DNA from: an uncultured Actinomycetes bacterium | GTDB taxonomy: Bacteria; Actinomycetota; Thermoleophilia; Solirubrobacterales; 70-9 | Length of the DNA: 64,000 nt | NCBI GenBank assembly: GCA_963839115.1 | Contig: CAWITM010000001.1 | Span: 1,062,196-1,126,195 of the forward strand | Direction of reading: 5' to 3' | Shown: positions 17,045 through 26,691 of the stretch, piece after piece | How positions within the stretch are numbered: position 1 is the stretch's first letter | How the letters are laid out: each line of letters starts with the position of its first letter | Program-made: the position numbers and the translations under genes | Notes under the pieces: generated by a model | Databases searched by the model: none | What the model was told of the DNA's origin: nothing | What the model saw: only the letters and a program-made list of their open reading frames with translations

Positions 17045-17839
17045 TCAGTGGTGGTGGACGGCGCCGGTCACGCTGGCGCGCACCGTCTGCCATGAGTCCC
17101 AGGTGATCTTGAGGATCACGGCGGTGATCGCGAGGCCGATCAATGGGTCGGCGATCGGCAGGCCGATCGCGACGACGGCGGCGCTGGCGACGACCGCGAG
17201 GCTGACATAGGAGTCGGCGCGGGCGTGGTTGGCGTCGGCGACGAGCGCGGCGCTGTCGAGGCGGCGCCCGGCGCGGCCGCGGATCGCGGCGGCGACCCGG
17301 TTGCCGGCGAAGCCCAGCAGCCCGGCGCCGGCGAGGGCCAGGAGGTGGGTGGGCGTCTGCGGGTGGATCAGGCGTGAGACCGCCTCGATCCCGGCGACGC
17401 AGGCGGAGATGAAGATCGCCGCGACGACGAACAGCCCCGCCCAGCCCTCGGCGCGCTCGGAGCGCAGCAGGAAGGCGATCGCCAGCGGGATCGCCGTGGC
17501 GGCGTCGCCGAAGTTGTGGATCAGGTCGGCGAGCAGCGCCACCGATCCGGCGGCGAGGTAGATCGCCAGCTGCGCCAGCGCCGTCGCGCCGAGCACGGCG
17601 AGCGAGATCCCGACCGCGGTGAGTCCCTCGCGCGAGCGTTTGATCGACGCGTCGACGAGCCCGTGCGAGTGGCCGCGCCCGCCGTGGGCGTGGTCGTGAT
17701 CGTCGTGCGAGTGGCCGTCGCGGTGGTCCCGCTCGCCGGCGCCGTGGGTGTGGGGGCCGTGGTGATGGTGCGAGTGAGTGGCCTCGCCGTGGCGATGGAG
17801 GTCGCCACCGAGCGGTTCGTAAGTGGTCGTGTCGCTCAC
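17045..17839 (-). CDS. Cation diffusion facilitator (CDF) metal efflux protein with His-rich N-terminus
   Basis: Start GTG 17839 ([12 protein letters not shown]), 264 aa. N-terminal [12 protein letters not shown]...[20 protein letters not shown]2 HNFGD and TM5 HARAD (HxxxD pairs). Ends shortly after the last TM helix, so the usual C-terminal cytoplasmic domain appears absent. Confidence 0.85.
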   Translation of the reverse strand: MSDTTTYEPLGGDLHRHGEATHSHHHHGPHTHGAGERDHRDGHSHDDHDHAHGGRGHSHGLVDASIKRSREGLTAVGISLAVLGATALAQLAIYLAAGSVALLADLIHNFGDAATAIPLAIAFLLRSERAEGWAGLFVVAAIFISACVAGIEAVSRLIHPQTPTHLLALAGAGLLGFAGNRVAAAIRGRAGRRLDSAALVADANHARADSYVSLAVVASAAVVAIGLPIADPLIGLAITAVILKITWDSWQTVRASVTGAVHHH

Positions 17840-17909
17840 CAGACGAAGGCTAGACTGCGCCGATGTCGAGCCCTCTCGAGCCCTTCCTCCGGACAGGCCA
17901 GCGGACCGG

Positions 17910-18833
17910 ATGAGGATCGGGGCCGAGGCCTCGGCGGTCGTCGGCGAGACGCCGCTGGTGCTGCTCGACCGGCTCGGCGAGGGTTTGCCGGGCGACGTCG
18001 TCGTCAAGCTCGAGTACTTCAATCCCGGCGGCTCGGTGAAGGACCGGATCGGGGTGGCGATGATCGACGCCGCCGAAGAGGCGGGGGAGATCGCGCCGGG
18101 ACGCTCGGTGGTGGTCGAGCCGACCAGCGGCAACACCGGGATCGCGCTGGCGATGGTCTGCGCGGCGCGCGGCTACGAGCTGATCCTGACCCTGCCCGAG
18201 GGGATGAGCCGCGAGCGCGCCAAGCTGCTGCGGGCCTACGGGGCGGAGGTGCGCGAGACGCCGTCGCTGGGCGGGATGAACGAGGCGGTCGCGCTGGCCG
18301 AGCAGATCCGCGACCAGCGCAGGGCTTTCATGCCGATGCAGTTCTCCAACCCGGCCAACGCTGAGGCCCACCGGCGCACCACCGCCGAGGAGCTCTGGCG
18401 CGACACCGAGGGCCAGATCGGCGCCTTCATCGCCGGGGTCGGGACCGGCGGGACGATCACCGGGGTCGGGCGCATGCTGAAGGAGCGGGCGCCGGAGGCG
18501 TTGGTGGTGGCGGTCGAGCCGGCCAGCTCGCCGGTGCTCTCGGGCGGGGCTCCCGGCCCGCACAAAATCCAGGGGATCGGGGCCGGGTTCGTCCCCGCGG
18601 TGCTCGACCGCTCGGTCATCGACGAGATCGTCTCGGTCGGCGACGAGGACGCGCTCGAGACGGCGCGCCTGGTGGCGCTGCAGGAGGGGGTCCTGGCCGG
18701 GATCTCGGCCGGCGCCAACATCCAGGCCGCTCTGCAGGTCGCGGCGCGGCCGGAGATGGAGGGCAAGCGCGTGGTCACGATCGTCTGCGACTCGGGCGAG
18801 CGCTACATGTCCCTACCCTTCTTCTCGCCATGA
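17910..18833 (+). CDS. cysK: Cysteine synthase A (O-acetylserine sulfhydrylase)
   Basis: Start ATG 17910 ([17 protein letters not shown]), 307 aa. PLP-lysine motif NPGGSVKDR and [10 protein letters not shown]. The tracked start 17823 would overlap the divergent CDF gene. Confidence 0.93.
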   Translation: MRIGAEASAVVGETPLVLLDRLGEGLPGDVVVKLEYFNPGGSVKDRIGVAMIDAAEEAGEIAPGRSVVVEPTSGNTGIALAMVCAARGYELILTLPEGMSRERAKLLRAYGAEVRETPSLGGMNEAVALAEQIRDQRRAFMPMQFSNPANAEAHRRTTAEELWRDTEGQIGAFIAGVGTGGTITGVGRMLKERAPEALVVAVEPASSPVLSGGAPGPHKIQGIGAGFVPAVLDRSVIDEIVSVGDEDALETARLVALQEGVLAGISAGANIQAALQVAARPEMEGKRVVTIVCDSGERYMSLPFFSP

Positions 18834-18923
18834 TGAACGGTGCCACCTCCTCTGCTCCGCCGCGGCCGCGCTCATGATGACCGGCGATCTCGCGACCGCG
18901 GCTCCGCGTCCGGGGGTGCGCCG

Positions 18924-19643
18924 GTGATTGCGCGCCTCTTCGGCGAGATCCGCGCCGACGTCGCCGCCGCGCGCGATCGCGACCCGGCGGCGCAGCGCGT
19001 CTCCTCGTTCGTGATCCTCACCACCTGGGCGGGCGTGCAGGCGCTGCTGGCGCACCGCGCCGCCCACGCTCTGCTGGGCGCCCGGGTGCCGCTGGTGCCG
19101 CGTGTGATCGCCTACCTGACGCGGATGGTGACCGGGGTCGAGATCCATCCCGCCGCCGAGATCGGCAACGGTCTCTTCATCGACCACGGCTCCGGCGTGG
19201 TGATCGGCGAGACGGCGAAGATCGGCGAGCGCGTGACCCTCTACCAGGGCGTGACCCTGGGCGGCACCGGCTTCCAGCGCGGCAAGCGCCACCCGACGCT
19301 CGGCGACAACGTCACCGTCGGCTCGGGGGCGAAGCTGCTGGGGCCGATCGCGGTCGGCGACGGGGCCAAGATCGGCGCCAACACGGTCGTCGTCGAGGAC
19401 GTGCCGCCGGGGGCGACCGTGGTCGGCAATCCCGGCCACCCGGTGCGGGTCGAAGGCAAGCGCCTCGAGGGCCCCGACGCCGACTGGATCCACCTGCCCG
19501 ACCCGATCGCCGACGCGATGAAGGCGCTCTCCGAGCGGATCGTCGAGCTCGAAGCGCGGCTCGCCGAAGTCGACGGCGGCGAGACCAACGGCGGCAAGCC
19601 GGGGATCGAGCCCCGCACAGGGCGCTCCTCGGCCGGAGGCTGA
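18924..19643 (+). CDS. cysE: Serine O-acetyltransferase
   Basis: Start GTG 18924 (VIARLFGEIRADVAAARDRDPAA) aligns with short CysE N-termini. Left-handed beta-helix hexapeptide repeats (GVVIGETAKIGERVTLYQGVTLGG...). Confidence 0.9.
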   Translation: MIARLFGEIRADVAAARDRDPAAQRVSSFVILTTWAGVQALLAHRAAHALLGARVPLVPRVIAYLTRMVTGVEIHPAAEIGNGLFIDHGSGVVIGETAKIGERVTLYQGVTLGGTGFQRGKRHPTLGDNVTVGSGAKLLGPIAVGDGAKIGANTVVVEDVPPGATVVGNPGHPVRVEGKRLEGPDADWIHLPDPIADAMKALSERIVELEARLAEVDGGETNGGKPGIEPRTGRSSAGG

Positions 19644-19646
19644 TCC

Positions 19647-19693
19647 TTCCGGTGTGGGTTTCAGACACATAGCGTCTGAAACCCACACTGGAA
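19647..19693 (+). terminator. 20-bp hairpin after cysE (ttccggtgtgggtttcagac / gtctgaaacccacactggaa, 7-nt loop)
   Basis: Read directly; one G-U pair. Starts 4 nt after the cysE stop. No U-tract. Confidence 0.6.
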
Positions 19694-19742
19694 GCGCCGC
19701 CCGCCGCCCGCCGAGCCCCGCCGAGGCCGTGGCTATGCTCGG

Positions 19743-22022
19743 ATGGTGAGTTTGCAGGCCGATTCCGACCGCTTTGAAGCCGCCGAGAGCGGCTCCCACG
19801 GCGCTCCGACCGAGGTCGGCGCCGATCGCGCCGAGCGGCTGCTCGCCGGGCTCAACCCGCCGCAGCGCGAAGCGACCGAATACACCGACGGAGCGCTGCT
19901 GGTGCTGGCTGGCGCCGGCTCCGGCAAGACGCGGGTCCTGACCCACCGAATCGCCTACCTGCTGGCGACCGGGCAGGCGCGCCCCGGCGAGATCCTCGCG
20001 ATCACCTTCACCAACAAGGCCGCGGCGGAGATGCGCGAGCGGGTCGGCGCCCTGATCGGCCGCTCGGTGCGGGCGATGTGGGTGACCACGTTCCACTCGG
20101 CCTGCGCCCGGATATTGCGCGTCGACGCCGAGCGCCTCGGCTACTCGCGGGGCTTCACGATCTACGACCAGGGCGACTCGCTGCGGATGATCAAACGCTG
20201 CCTGACCGAGCTCGGCGTCGATCCCAAGCGCTACCCGCCGCGCGCCGTCCAGAACAAGATCTCGAGCGCCAAGAACCAGCTGATCGACGTCGCCGCCTAC
20301 ACCGAAATGATGGTTGGCGGCTTCGAGGAGGTCGTCGCCGAAGTCTTCCCGCTCTATGAGAAGCGCATGCTCGAAGCCAACGCGATGGATTTCGACGACC
20401 TGCTGGTCCGCACCGTCAACGTGCTCGAGCTCTTCAAGGACGTCCGCGAACGCTGGCGCGCCACCTTCCGCCACGTGATGGTCGACGAGTACCAGGACAC
20501 CAACCACGCCCAGTACAAAATGCTCCAGATCCTCGCCAAGGACCATGGCAACCTGATGGTCGTCGGCGACGAGGATCAGTCGATCTACAGCTTCCGGAAT
20601 GCGGATATCCGCAACATCCTCGACTTCGAGAGCGACTTTCCGGAGGCGGCGACGGTAAAGCTCGAGCAGAACTACCGCTCGACGCAGACGATCCTCTCGG
20701 CTGCCAACGCGGTCGTCTCCCACAATCGCGAGCGCCGGCCGAAGGAGCTGTGGACCGAAATCGCCGGCGGCGAGCCGGTGCAGCTGAACGAGCTCGCCGA
20801 CGAGCACGAGGAGGCCCGCTGGGTCGCCGGGGAGATCGACCGGCTGGCCGAGGAGGAGGGCGTCAAGCGCTCGGGGGTCGCGATCTTCTACCGGACCAAC
20901 GCGATGAGCCGGGTGCTCGAGGACACGCTGGGGCGCTTCGACGTCTCCTACCAGGTGATCGGCGGCACCAAGTTCTACGAACGGGCCGAGATCAAGGACG
21001 CCATCGCCTACCTCAGCCTGCTGGTCAACCCGGCCGACCAGGTCTCCTTCTCGCGGGTCATCAACTCGCCGCGGCGGGGGATCGGCAACACCAGTCAGGG
21101 ACGGCTGGCGGCCTACGCGAACACGACCGGGCTGCCGATCTGGGAGGTCATGGAAAGGGTCGAGGAGGTGCCCGGGATGAGCGCCGCGGCGATCAAGTCG
21201 GTCGGCCGCTTCTGGGAGATGATGGACGCGCTGCGCGACCGCGTCGACGGCTCCTCGGTCCATTCGATCCTCGAGCGCGTCCTGCACGAGACCGGCTACC
21301 TGGAGATGCTGGCGGCCGAGCGCACGGTCGAAGCCGAAGGGCGGGCGGAAAACCTCGAAGCGCTGGTCGAGGGCGCCGCCGAGTTCGACATCGAGCGCGA
21401 GCGCGAGGGCGAGAGCGATGTTCCGCCGCTGGAGGAGTACCTGCAGCAGATCTCGCTCTACAACGAGCAGGACGGCCTCGAGGCGACCGACGAAAACGAA
21501 CTGGTCACGCTGATGACCCTCCACAACGCCAAGGGGCTGGAGTACGACACGGTCTTCGTGGTCGGCTGCGAGGAGGGGGCCTTCCCGCACATGCGGGCAC
21601 TCGAAGAGGGCGGCGAAGAAGAGGAGCGGCGCATCTGTTACGTCGCGATCACCCGCGCCGAGCGCCGCCTATACATGACCTGGGCGCGCGAGCGGCGGCT
21701 GTTCGGGCGGGCCGAGCGCAACCTGCCCTCGCGCTTCATCGACGAGATTCCGGCGGAGCTGACCGAACGCCACTCGACCGTCTCCAACGCCGGGATGACC
21801 TGGGGCTCGGGCGACTACAGCGGCCCCGGCGCGCCGACCCCGGCCGAACCCGTCGACCCCGGCCCGGCGCTGGAAATGCAGACCGGCGACGACGTCGTCC
21901 ACGCCAGCTTCGGCGACGGCGTCGTGACCGCGGTCGAGCCCGGCGGGGTGGTCGTCGTGCGCTTTGCCGACGGCAGCGAGCGCAAGCTGATGGCCGACTA
22001 CGCGCCGATCCGGAAGCGGTAA
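19743..22022 (+). CDS. pcrA: ATP-dependent DNA helicase PcrA/UvrD family
   Basis: 759 aa. Walker A AGAGSGKT and DEYQDTN (motif II); SF1 helicase motifs throughout. Confidence 0.95.
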   Translation: MVSLQADSDRFEAAESGSHGAPTEVGADRAERLLAGLNPPQREATEYTDGALLVLAGAGSGKTRVLTHRIAYLLATGQARPGEILAITFTNKAAAEMRERVGALIGRSVRAMWVTTFHSACARILRVDAERLGYSRGFTIYDQGDSLRMIKRCLTELGVDPKRYPPRAVQNKISSAKNQLIDVAAYTEMMVGGFEEVVAEVFPLYEKRMLEANAMDFDDLLVRTVNVLELFKDVRERWRATFRHVMVDEYQDTNHAQYKMLQILAKDHGNLMVVGDEDQSIYSFRNADIRNILDFESDFPEAATVKLEQNYRSTQTILSAANAVVSHNRERRPKELWTEIAGGEPVQLNELADEHEEARWVAGEIDRLAEEEGVKRSGVAIFYRTNAMSRVLEDTLGRFDVSYQVIGGTKFYERAEIKDAIAYLSLLVNPADQVSFSRVINSPRRGIGNTSQGRLAAYANTTGLPIWEVMERVEEVPGMSAAAIKSVGRFWEMMDALRDRVDGSSVHSILERVLHETGYLEMLAAERTVEAEGRAENLEALVEGAAEFDIEREREGESDVPPLEEYLQQISLYNEQDGLEATDENELVTLMTLHNAKGLEYDTVFVVGCEEGAFPHMRALEEGGEEEERRICYVAITRAERRLYMTWARERRLFGRAERNLPSRFIDEIPAELTERHSTVSNAGMTWGSGDYSGPGAPTPAEPVDPGPALEMQTGDDVVHASFGDGVVTAVEPGGVVVVRFADGSERKLMADYAPIRKR

Positions 22023-22026
22023 CGCG

Positions 22027-22884
22027 GTGGGGGCCCGGGTCATCGACGGCAAAGCCGTCGCCGCGGCGGTCCGCGAGCGGGTCCGGGTCGACGTCGCCGC
22101 CTACGCCGAGGAGGCGGGGCGCACGCCGCAGCTGGTGACCGTGATCGTCGGCGAGGACCCGGCCTCGGAGATCTACGTGCGGATGAAGCACGAGGCCTGC
22201 GAGGCGCTCGGGATGCGCTCGGCCCACCACGGCCTCGAGGCGGCGACCTCGCAGGAGGAGCTGCTGGCGCTGGTCGAGAGCCTCGGCGCCGACGAGGACG
22301 TCGACGGGATCCTCGTGCAGATGCCGCTGCCCGACCACCTCGATCCCGACGCGGTGGTGGCGGCGATCGACCCGGCCAAGGACGTCGACGGGCTGACCCC
22401 GGTCAACGCCGGGCTGCTGGCCCACGGCACGCCGGGGCTGACCCCCTGCACGCCGGCCGGAGTGATGGAGCTGCTCGACCACGAGGGGGTGGAGCTGGAA
22501 GGTGCCGAGGTGGTCGTGGTCGGCCGCTCGAAGCTGGTCGGCGTCCCGGTCGCCCGCCTGCTGCTGATGGCCAACGCGACCGTCACCATCTGCCACTCGC
22601 GCACCCGCGACCTGGCCGCGACCTGCGCCCGCGCCGACGTGCTCGTCGCCGCCGTCGGCGTGCCGCGCCTGCTCGGCGCCGACGCGGTCAAGCCCGGCGC
22701 CGTCGTGATCGACGTCGGCGTCAACCGGACCGAGGACGGCCTGGCCGGCGACGTCGACTACACGGCGGCGGCAGAGGTTGCCTCGGCGATCACGCCGGTG
22801 CCCGGCGGCGTCGGCCCGATGACGATCGCGATGCTGATGCACAACACCCTGGCGGCCGCTCGCGGACGCCGCGCGGGCCGGTAG
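22027..22884 (+). CDS. folD: Bifunctional methylenetetrahydrofolate dehydrogenase/cyclohydrolase
   Basis: 285 aa with full-length FolD resemblance (VGEDPASEIYVRMK, VVVVGRSKLVG.P, PVPGGVGPMT). Confidence 0.95.
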   Translation: MGARVIDGKAVAAAVRERVRVDVAAYAEEAGRTPQLVTVIVGEDPASEIYVRMKHEACEALGMRSAHHGLEAATSQEELLALVESLGADEDVDGILVQMPLPDHLDPDAVVAAIDPAKDVDGLTPVNAGLLAHGTPGLTPCTPAGVMELLDHEGVELEGAEVVVVGRSKLVGVPVARLLLMANATVTICHSRTRDLAATCARADVLVAAVGVPRLLGADAVKPGAVVIDVGVNRTEDGLAGDVDYTAAAEVASAITPVPGGVGPMTIAMLMHNTLAAARGRRAGR

Positions 22885-22921
22885 CCTCGCGGCGACAGCG
22901 GTCTAGAGAAGGGGAGAGAAA

Positions 22922-23380
22922 GTGGATTTGGATCGGCTTGGGATCGGGGAGAAGATCGTCGGCGCATCGGCGGTCCTGCTCTTCATCTTCATGTTTTTCG
23001 ACTGGTTCGAAGCATCGGTTTCAGGTGGCGGCGCCAGCGTCTCCGAAGGCGCGAATGCCTGGGATGCCCTCGACAACATCCCGATCGTGCTGGTGATCGC
23101 GATCCTCGTGGCGCTCGGCATGGTCGCCATCAAGCTGTTCGAGGTCGCCTGGGAGCCGCCCTTCCCGCCGAGCATCGTGGCCGGTGTGCTCTCGGCCCTC
23201 TCGTTGATCCTGATCCTCTACCGGATCATCGACACGCCCGGCGAAGGCGGCAGCTTCGGCTCGATCTCGGTCGACGTGAGCCCGGCGTTCGGCATCTTCC
23301 TCGCCCTCATCGCCGCCGCCGGCATGACCTACGGCTGCTACCGGGTGGCGACCGAGGAAGGCGTGATTGCCCCCAGGTAG
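22922..23380 (+). CDS. Integral membrane protein (4 TM), paralogue 1
   Basis: GTG start preceded by aaggggagag. Four hydrophobic helices. Shares FVLMF.xWF, NAW..L..IP and LILxRII motifs with the next gene. Confidence 0.65.
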   Translation: MDLDRLGIGEKIVGASAVLLFIFMFFDWFEASVSGGGASVSEGANAWDALDNIPIVLVIAILVALGMVAIKLFEVAWEPPFPPSIVAGVLSALSLILILYRIIDTPGEGGSFGSISVDVSPAFGIFLALIAAAGMTYGCYRVATEEGVIAPR

Positions 23381-23996
23381 CGAGGAGACGGGGCGGCGGC
23401 CGCCTCGGCGGCGCGGGCGAAGCGGCCCGCGCCTGCGCCGCGGCGAGGCGATCTACCTGGTAGCGGCGGTGGCGCTGTTCGTCCTGATGTTCGTGACCTG
23501 GTTCGGCTCGGAAGTCACGGGGCAGACCGAAGGCATCCCGTTCAACGGCCTCGGCACCGGCGGCAACGCCTGGCAGTCGCTGGAAGTGATCCCACTCTTC
23601 CTGATGCTGGCGATAGCCGTCGCGATCGGCGCGGCGCTGCTTCGGCTGGCTGGGTCGGAGTGGAAGCCGGCGGTTCCCGCCGACGCGGCCGTGGCCGTGC
23701 TCGGCGGCCTGGCGACGCTCCTCATCCTCTTCCGGATCATCTTTCCGCCCGGCTTCGGCAACATCGGCGGGATCTCGATCAACGCGACCCTGAAGGTCGG
23801 CGTCTTCCTCGCCCTCGCCGCCGCCCTCGGGATCGCCTACGGCGGCTACCGGGCGATGCGGGAAGAGGGCGACTCCTTCGGGGGGATCGCCAAGCGACTG
23901 GAATCCGACCGGCCCTCGCGGCCCGCTAAGCCGAGGCGGCCAAAAGCTGCCGCGAAATTGCCTTCGAAAAGGCGATCACCGTCATCATCGGATTGA
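23367..23996 (+). CDS. Integral membrane protein (4 TM), paralogue 2, with basic C-terminal tail
   Basis: TTG 23367 is the only tracked start upstream of the region that aligns with paralogue 1. Arg-rich N-terminus. The last 71 nt overlap the convergent GMC oxidoreductase gene. Confidence 0.55.
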   Translation: MPPGSEETGRRPPRRRGRSGPRLRRGEAIYLVAAVALFVLMFVTWFGSEVTGQTEGIPFNGLGTGGNAWQSLEVIPLFLMLAIAVAIGAALLRLAGSEWKPAVPADAAVAVLGGLATLLILFRIIFPPGFGNIGGISINATLKVGVFLALAAALGIAYGGYRAMREEGDSFGGIAKRLESDRPSRPAKPRRPKAAAKLPSKRRSPSSSD

Positions 23997-25797
23997 CCCC
24001 GACCGAGGTCGGGAAGAGCGAGGCGTCGGCGACGTAGAGGCCGGCGGTCCCGTTGACCGAGCCGTCGGGAGCGCAGACGCCGGCGCGCTCGTCGGCGGCG
24101 ATCCGCGCCGTGCCCATCGGGTGGAAGGCCTCGAGGCGAAGCTCGGAGGGCTTGATCCGGGTCGCCTCGAAGCCCGGCAGGTCGCCCGGGCGCAGCACCC
24201 CGACCCGCGGGATGTTGGGGTAGACCTCGGTGGCGCCGGCGGCGAAGTGGATCTCGGCGGCGCGGGCGATCCCGAAGGCGAGGCGGTCGGCATCGGCCCG
24301 GGTCAGCTTGTAGGAGGCGCGGATCGAACCTTCGGCACCTAGCCCGACGCGGCCGGCCGACTGGTCGGAGAGGTGGACGCCGATCGAGCCGACGTGGCCG
24401 AAATCGAGCATCGCCCGCTGGTGGGACTCACCGGCGCCGAGCAGCCAGGCGCCGCCGAAGGCGAGCGGCGTGAAGGTCGCCTCGAGCAGCACCCGCTCGC
24501 GCTCCCACTCATCGACGTAGAAGCTCTGCATGACGCCCTCCCAGCCGCGCACCTCCTGCTCGTAGCGCGCCCCGACCCAGCAGGCCGGGTGGATGTGGAG
24601 GTTGCGGCCGACCTGGCGGCCGCCGAGGCCCGAGCGCAGCAGCAGCTCCGGCGTCCCCAGGGCTCCGCCGGCGGCGATCACGGCGCGGCGCGCGCGGACC
24701 GTGAAGGGACGGGCGCCGGCGCTCCTCCCAACCTTTGTATCCCCCCGGGTGACAAAAGTTGGGGTGAGCGAGCACTCGACGCCGACGGCGCGGCCGTCCT
24801 CGACCAGGATTCGGTGCGCCTCGACCCCGGCCCGGACCCTCGCCCCGGCCGCCACCGCGCGCGGCAGGTAGGAGACGTGCATGCCGCGCTTGGCGTCGAT
24901 CGCGCAGCCGAACGGGCAGGAGCTGCACTGCACGCAGGAGCCGGCGTTGCGGAAGATCGGCGCGGCGCTGGCGCCGATCGCCGCCGCCCCCTCCATCGCC
25001 AGCTGGCCGTTGCGGCCCATCGTCTCGGGGTCGAGCTGGGTGACGCGCAGGAAGTCCTCGGCCTCGGCGTAGTCGTCGCCGAGCTCACCGGCCCAGCCGA
25101 TCCCGAAGCGCTCGCGCCAGTCCGCCAGCACCGCGTCGGGCGCCCGGAAGCAGGTGCCGGAGTTGATGACCGTGGTGCCGCCGATGACGCGGGCGACCGG
25201 AACCGGGATCGGCGGCCGGCCTTCGGCGATCGTCAGGCCGGCGTCGCGGTAGAGCTCGGCGATCGCGTCGAGGTGGTCGGCCGGATAGCTGTCGCGGTCG
25301 TAGTGGCCGCCGGCCTCGAGCACCAGCACGTCGAGCCCGGCTTCGGCGAGCGCCGCCGCGGCCACCGCGCCGCCGGCACCCGAGCCGACGATCACCACGT
25401 CGCACTCCTCACCGTCACCGGCCGGCGCCGTGTCGCCGAGCGAGCCGGCCGGCTCGGGCTGCGTCCCGTCGGCGAGCCGGCAGGAGATCTCGAAGCCGAT
25501 CGCCTCCTCGACCGGCGGCGCGACCGCGTAGCCGAGCGTCGCGAGCACCTTGGCGAGCAGCAGCAGGTCGTGCTTGAAGGCGCGCCGCGAGCCGGCCAGG
25601 CGAACCAGGAACCGCTCGCGCGCGGCCGCGTCCAGGCGGCTGAAGCGGCGCGGGAACGGCAGCCACTCGAACGCCCGCAGCCCGAGGCGCAGGCGGGTCA
25701 GCACCCGCGGCGAGACCGAGCCGAGGAAGCGCTCGACCGGCGCGGCGACGGCGACGTCGCGCTCGGCCGCGGGCAGGCCATCGATCCCTGGCGCCAT
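23926..25797 (-). CDS. GMC-family FAD-dependent oxidoreductase with ~130-aa N-terminal extension
   Basis: 623 aa. Rossmann motif DVVIVGSGAGGAVAA and a GMC C-terminal region (HPMGTARI...LYVADASLFPTSVGVNP). Confidence 0.88.
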   Translation of the reverse strand: MAPGIDGLPAAERDVAVAAPVERFLGSVSPRVLTRLRLGLRAFEWLPFPRRFSRLDAAARERFLVRLAGSRRAFKHDLLLLAKVLATLGYAVAPPVEEAIGFEISCRLADGTQPEPAGSLGDTAPAGDGEECDVVIVGSGAGGAVAAAALAEAGLDVLVLEAGGHYDRDSYPADHLDAIAELYRDAGLTIAEGRPPIPVPVARVIGGTTVINSGTCFRAPDAVLADWRERFGIGWAGELGDDYAEAEDFLRVTQLDPETMGRNGQLAMEGAAAIGASAAPIFRNAGSCVQCSSCPFGCAIDAKRGMHVSYLPRAVAAGARVRAGVEAHRILVEDGRAVGVECSLTPTFVTRGDTKVGRSAGARPFTVRARRAVIAAGGALGTPELLLRSGLGGRQVGRNLHIHPACWVGARYEQEVRGWEGVMQSFYVDEWERERVLLEATFTPLAFGGAWLLGAGESHQRAMLDFGHVGSIGVHLSDQSAGRVGLGAEGSIRASYKLTRADADRLAFGIARAAEIHFAAGATEVYPNIPRVGVLRPGDLPGFEATRIKPSELRLEAFHPMGTARIAADERAGVCAPDGSVNGTAGLYVADASLFPTSVGVNPMMTVIAFSKAISRQLLAASA

Positions 25798-25857
25798 CGC
25801 CTCGCAGATCGCGACCAGCGTGCGTCGCTCGGCGGCCGCCAGCCCCGGGGCGCGCCT

Positions 25858-26301
25858 TCAGCCCGGATCGGCGGGGCGGCCGATCCGTCCCGCCAGCACC
25901 CAAAGCCACAGCGCCAGCACCGCCAGGAAGCCGTCGACGAGGAAGTTCAGGAGGTAGATGAAGACGTCGTCGTCGAACGCGAAGAACGCGAGCGCGCCGA
26001 GCGAGGAGGCGGTCTTGCCGGCGGCGAGGACCAGCAGCAGCGGCCGGTAGCGGACGACGTCGGCCTGGACGACGAGGCAGATCCCGGTGATCACGACCAT
26101 GTAGGCGAAGGCCAGCGCCAGCCAGAGGTCCTCCTGGGTGTGCGGGGCGCGGGGGAAGGAGCCGAACCAGCCGCCGACGTCGGAGATGAGGTTGAGGACG
26201 CCGCTGGGCACGGCGATGAAGAGCAGTCCGACGATGGCGAAGGTGACCGCGAGCATCCGCAGGTTGAAGACGACGAATCTCTCCGCGGCTGGTCCCTGCA
26301 T
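25858..26301 (-). CDS. Small integral membrane protein upstream of the GMC oxidoreductase (same strand)
   Basis: Start ATG 26301 (MQGPAAERFVVFNLRMLAVTF...), 147 aa, four hydrophobic helices. 60 nt upstream of the GMC gene. Confidence 0.6.
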   Translation of the reverse strand: MQGPAAERFVVFNLRMLAVTFAIVGLLFIAVPSGVLNLISDVGGWFGSFPRAPHTQEDLWLALAFAYMVVITGICLVVQADVVRYRPLLLVLAAGKTASSLGALAFFAFDDDVFIYLLNFLVDGFLAVLALWLWVLAGRIGRPADPG

Positions 26302-26384
26302 CGGCTGGGACCATAACTGGCTGACCAGCCAGGACGCGCGCACCTCGATTTCCGGGCGCGGGGGCGGCTTCCGGGGCCCCCGCC

Positions 26385-26390
26385 TAGAAT
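26385..26390 (+). promoter_or_regulatory. -10 box TAGAAT, 7 nt upstream of the gatC ATG (leaderless gatCAB mRNA predicted)
   Basis: TAGAAT-cacgcgg-ATG read directly, with no SD sequence. Confidence 0.5.
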
Positions 26391-26397
26391 CACGCGG

Positions 26398-26691
26398 ATG
26401 ATCTCCCGGGACCAGGTCCTCCACGTCGCCAAGCTCTCGCGCCTGAAGCTCTCCGACGCCGAAGTCGAGACGATGGCCGGCGAGCTCTCGGGGATCCTCG
26501 AGCACGTCGACCGGATCGGCAACCTCGACCTCGAGGGGGTCGAGCCGACCTCCCACACCGTCGCCCTCGAGAACGTGCTGCGCGCCGACGTGCCGCGGCC
26601 GAGCTGGCCGCGCGAGGCCGTCCTCGCCAATGCGCCGGAACCGGTCGACGGGGCCTTCCGCGTCCCCTCGCCGCAGGCCGACGCCGAGTGA
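26398..26691 (+). CDS. gatC: Glutamyl/aspartyl-tRNA amidotransferase subunit C
   Basis: 97 aa. MISRDQVLHVAKLSRLKLSDAEVE... is typical of GatC, and the gene is immediately followed by gatA and gatB. Confidence 0.93.
   Translation: MISRDQVLHVAKLSRLKLSDAEVETMAGELSGILEHVDRIGNLDLEGVEPTSHTVALENVLRADVPRPSWPREAVLANAPEPVDGAFRVPSPQADAE

Noticed and set aside
17823-17909. Upstream GTG 17823 as the cysK start, and GTG 18840 as the cysE start
   Set aside because: The extensions do not align with CysK or CysE N-termini. The cysK extension would overlap the divergent CDF gene start and the predicted promoter.
18813-21590. 925-aa minus-strand ORF
   Set aside because: Antisense to cysE and pcrA, both of which have clear catalytic motifs. 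Composition artefact.
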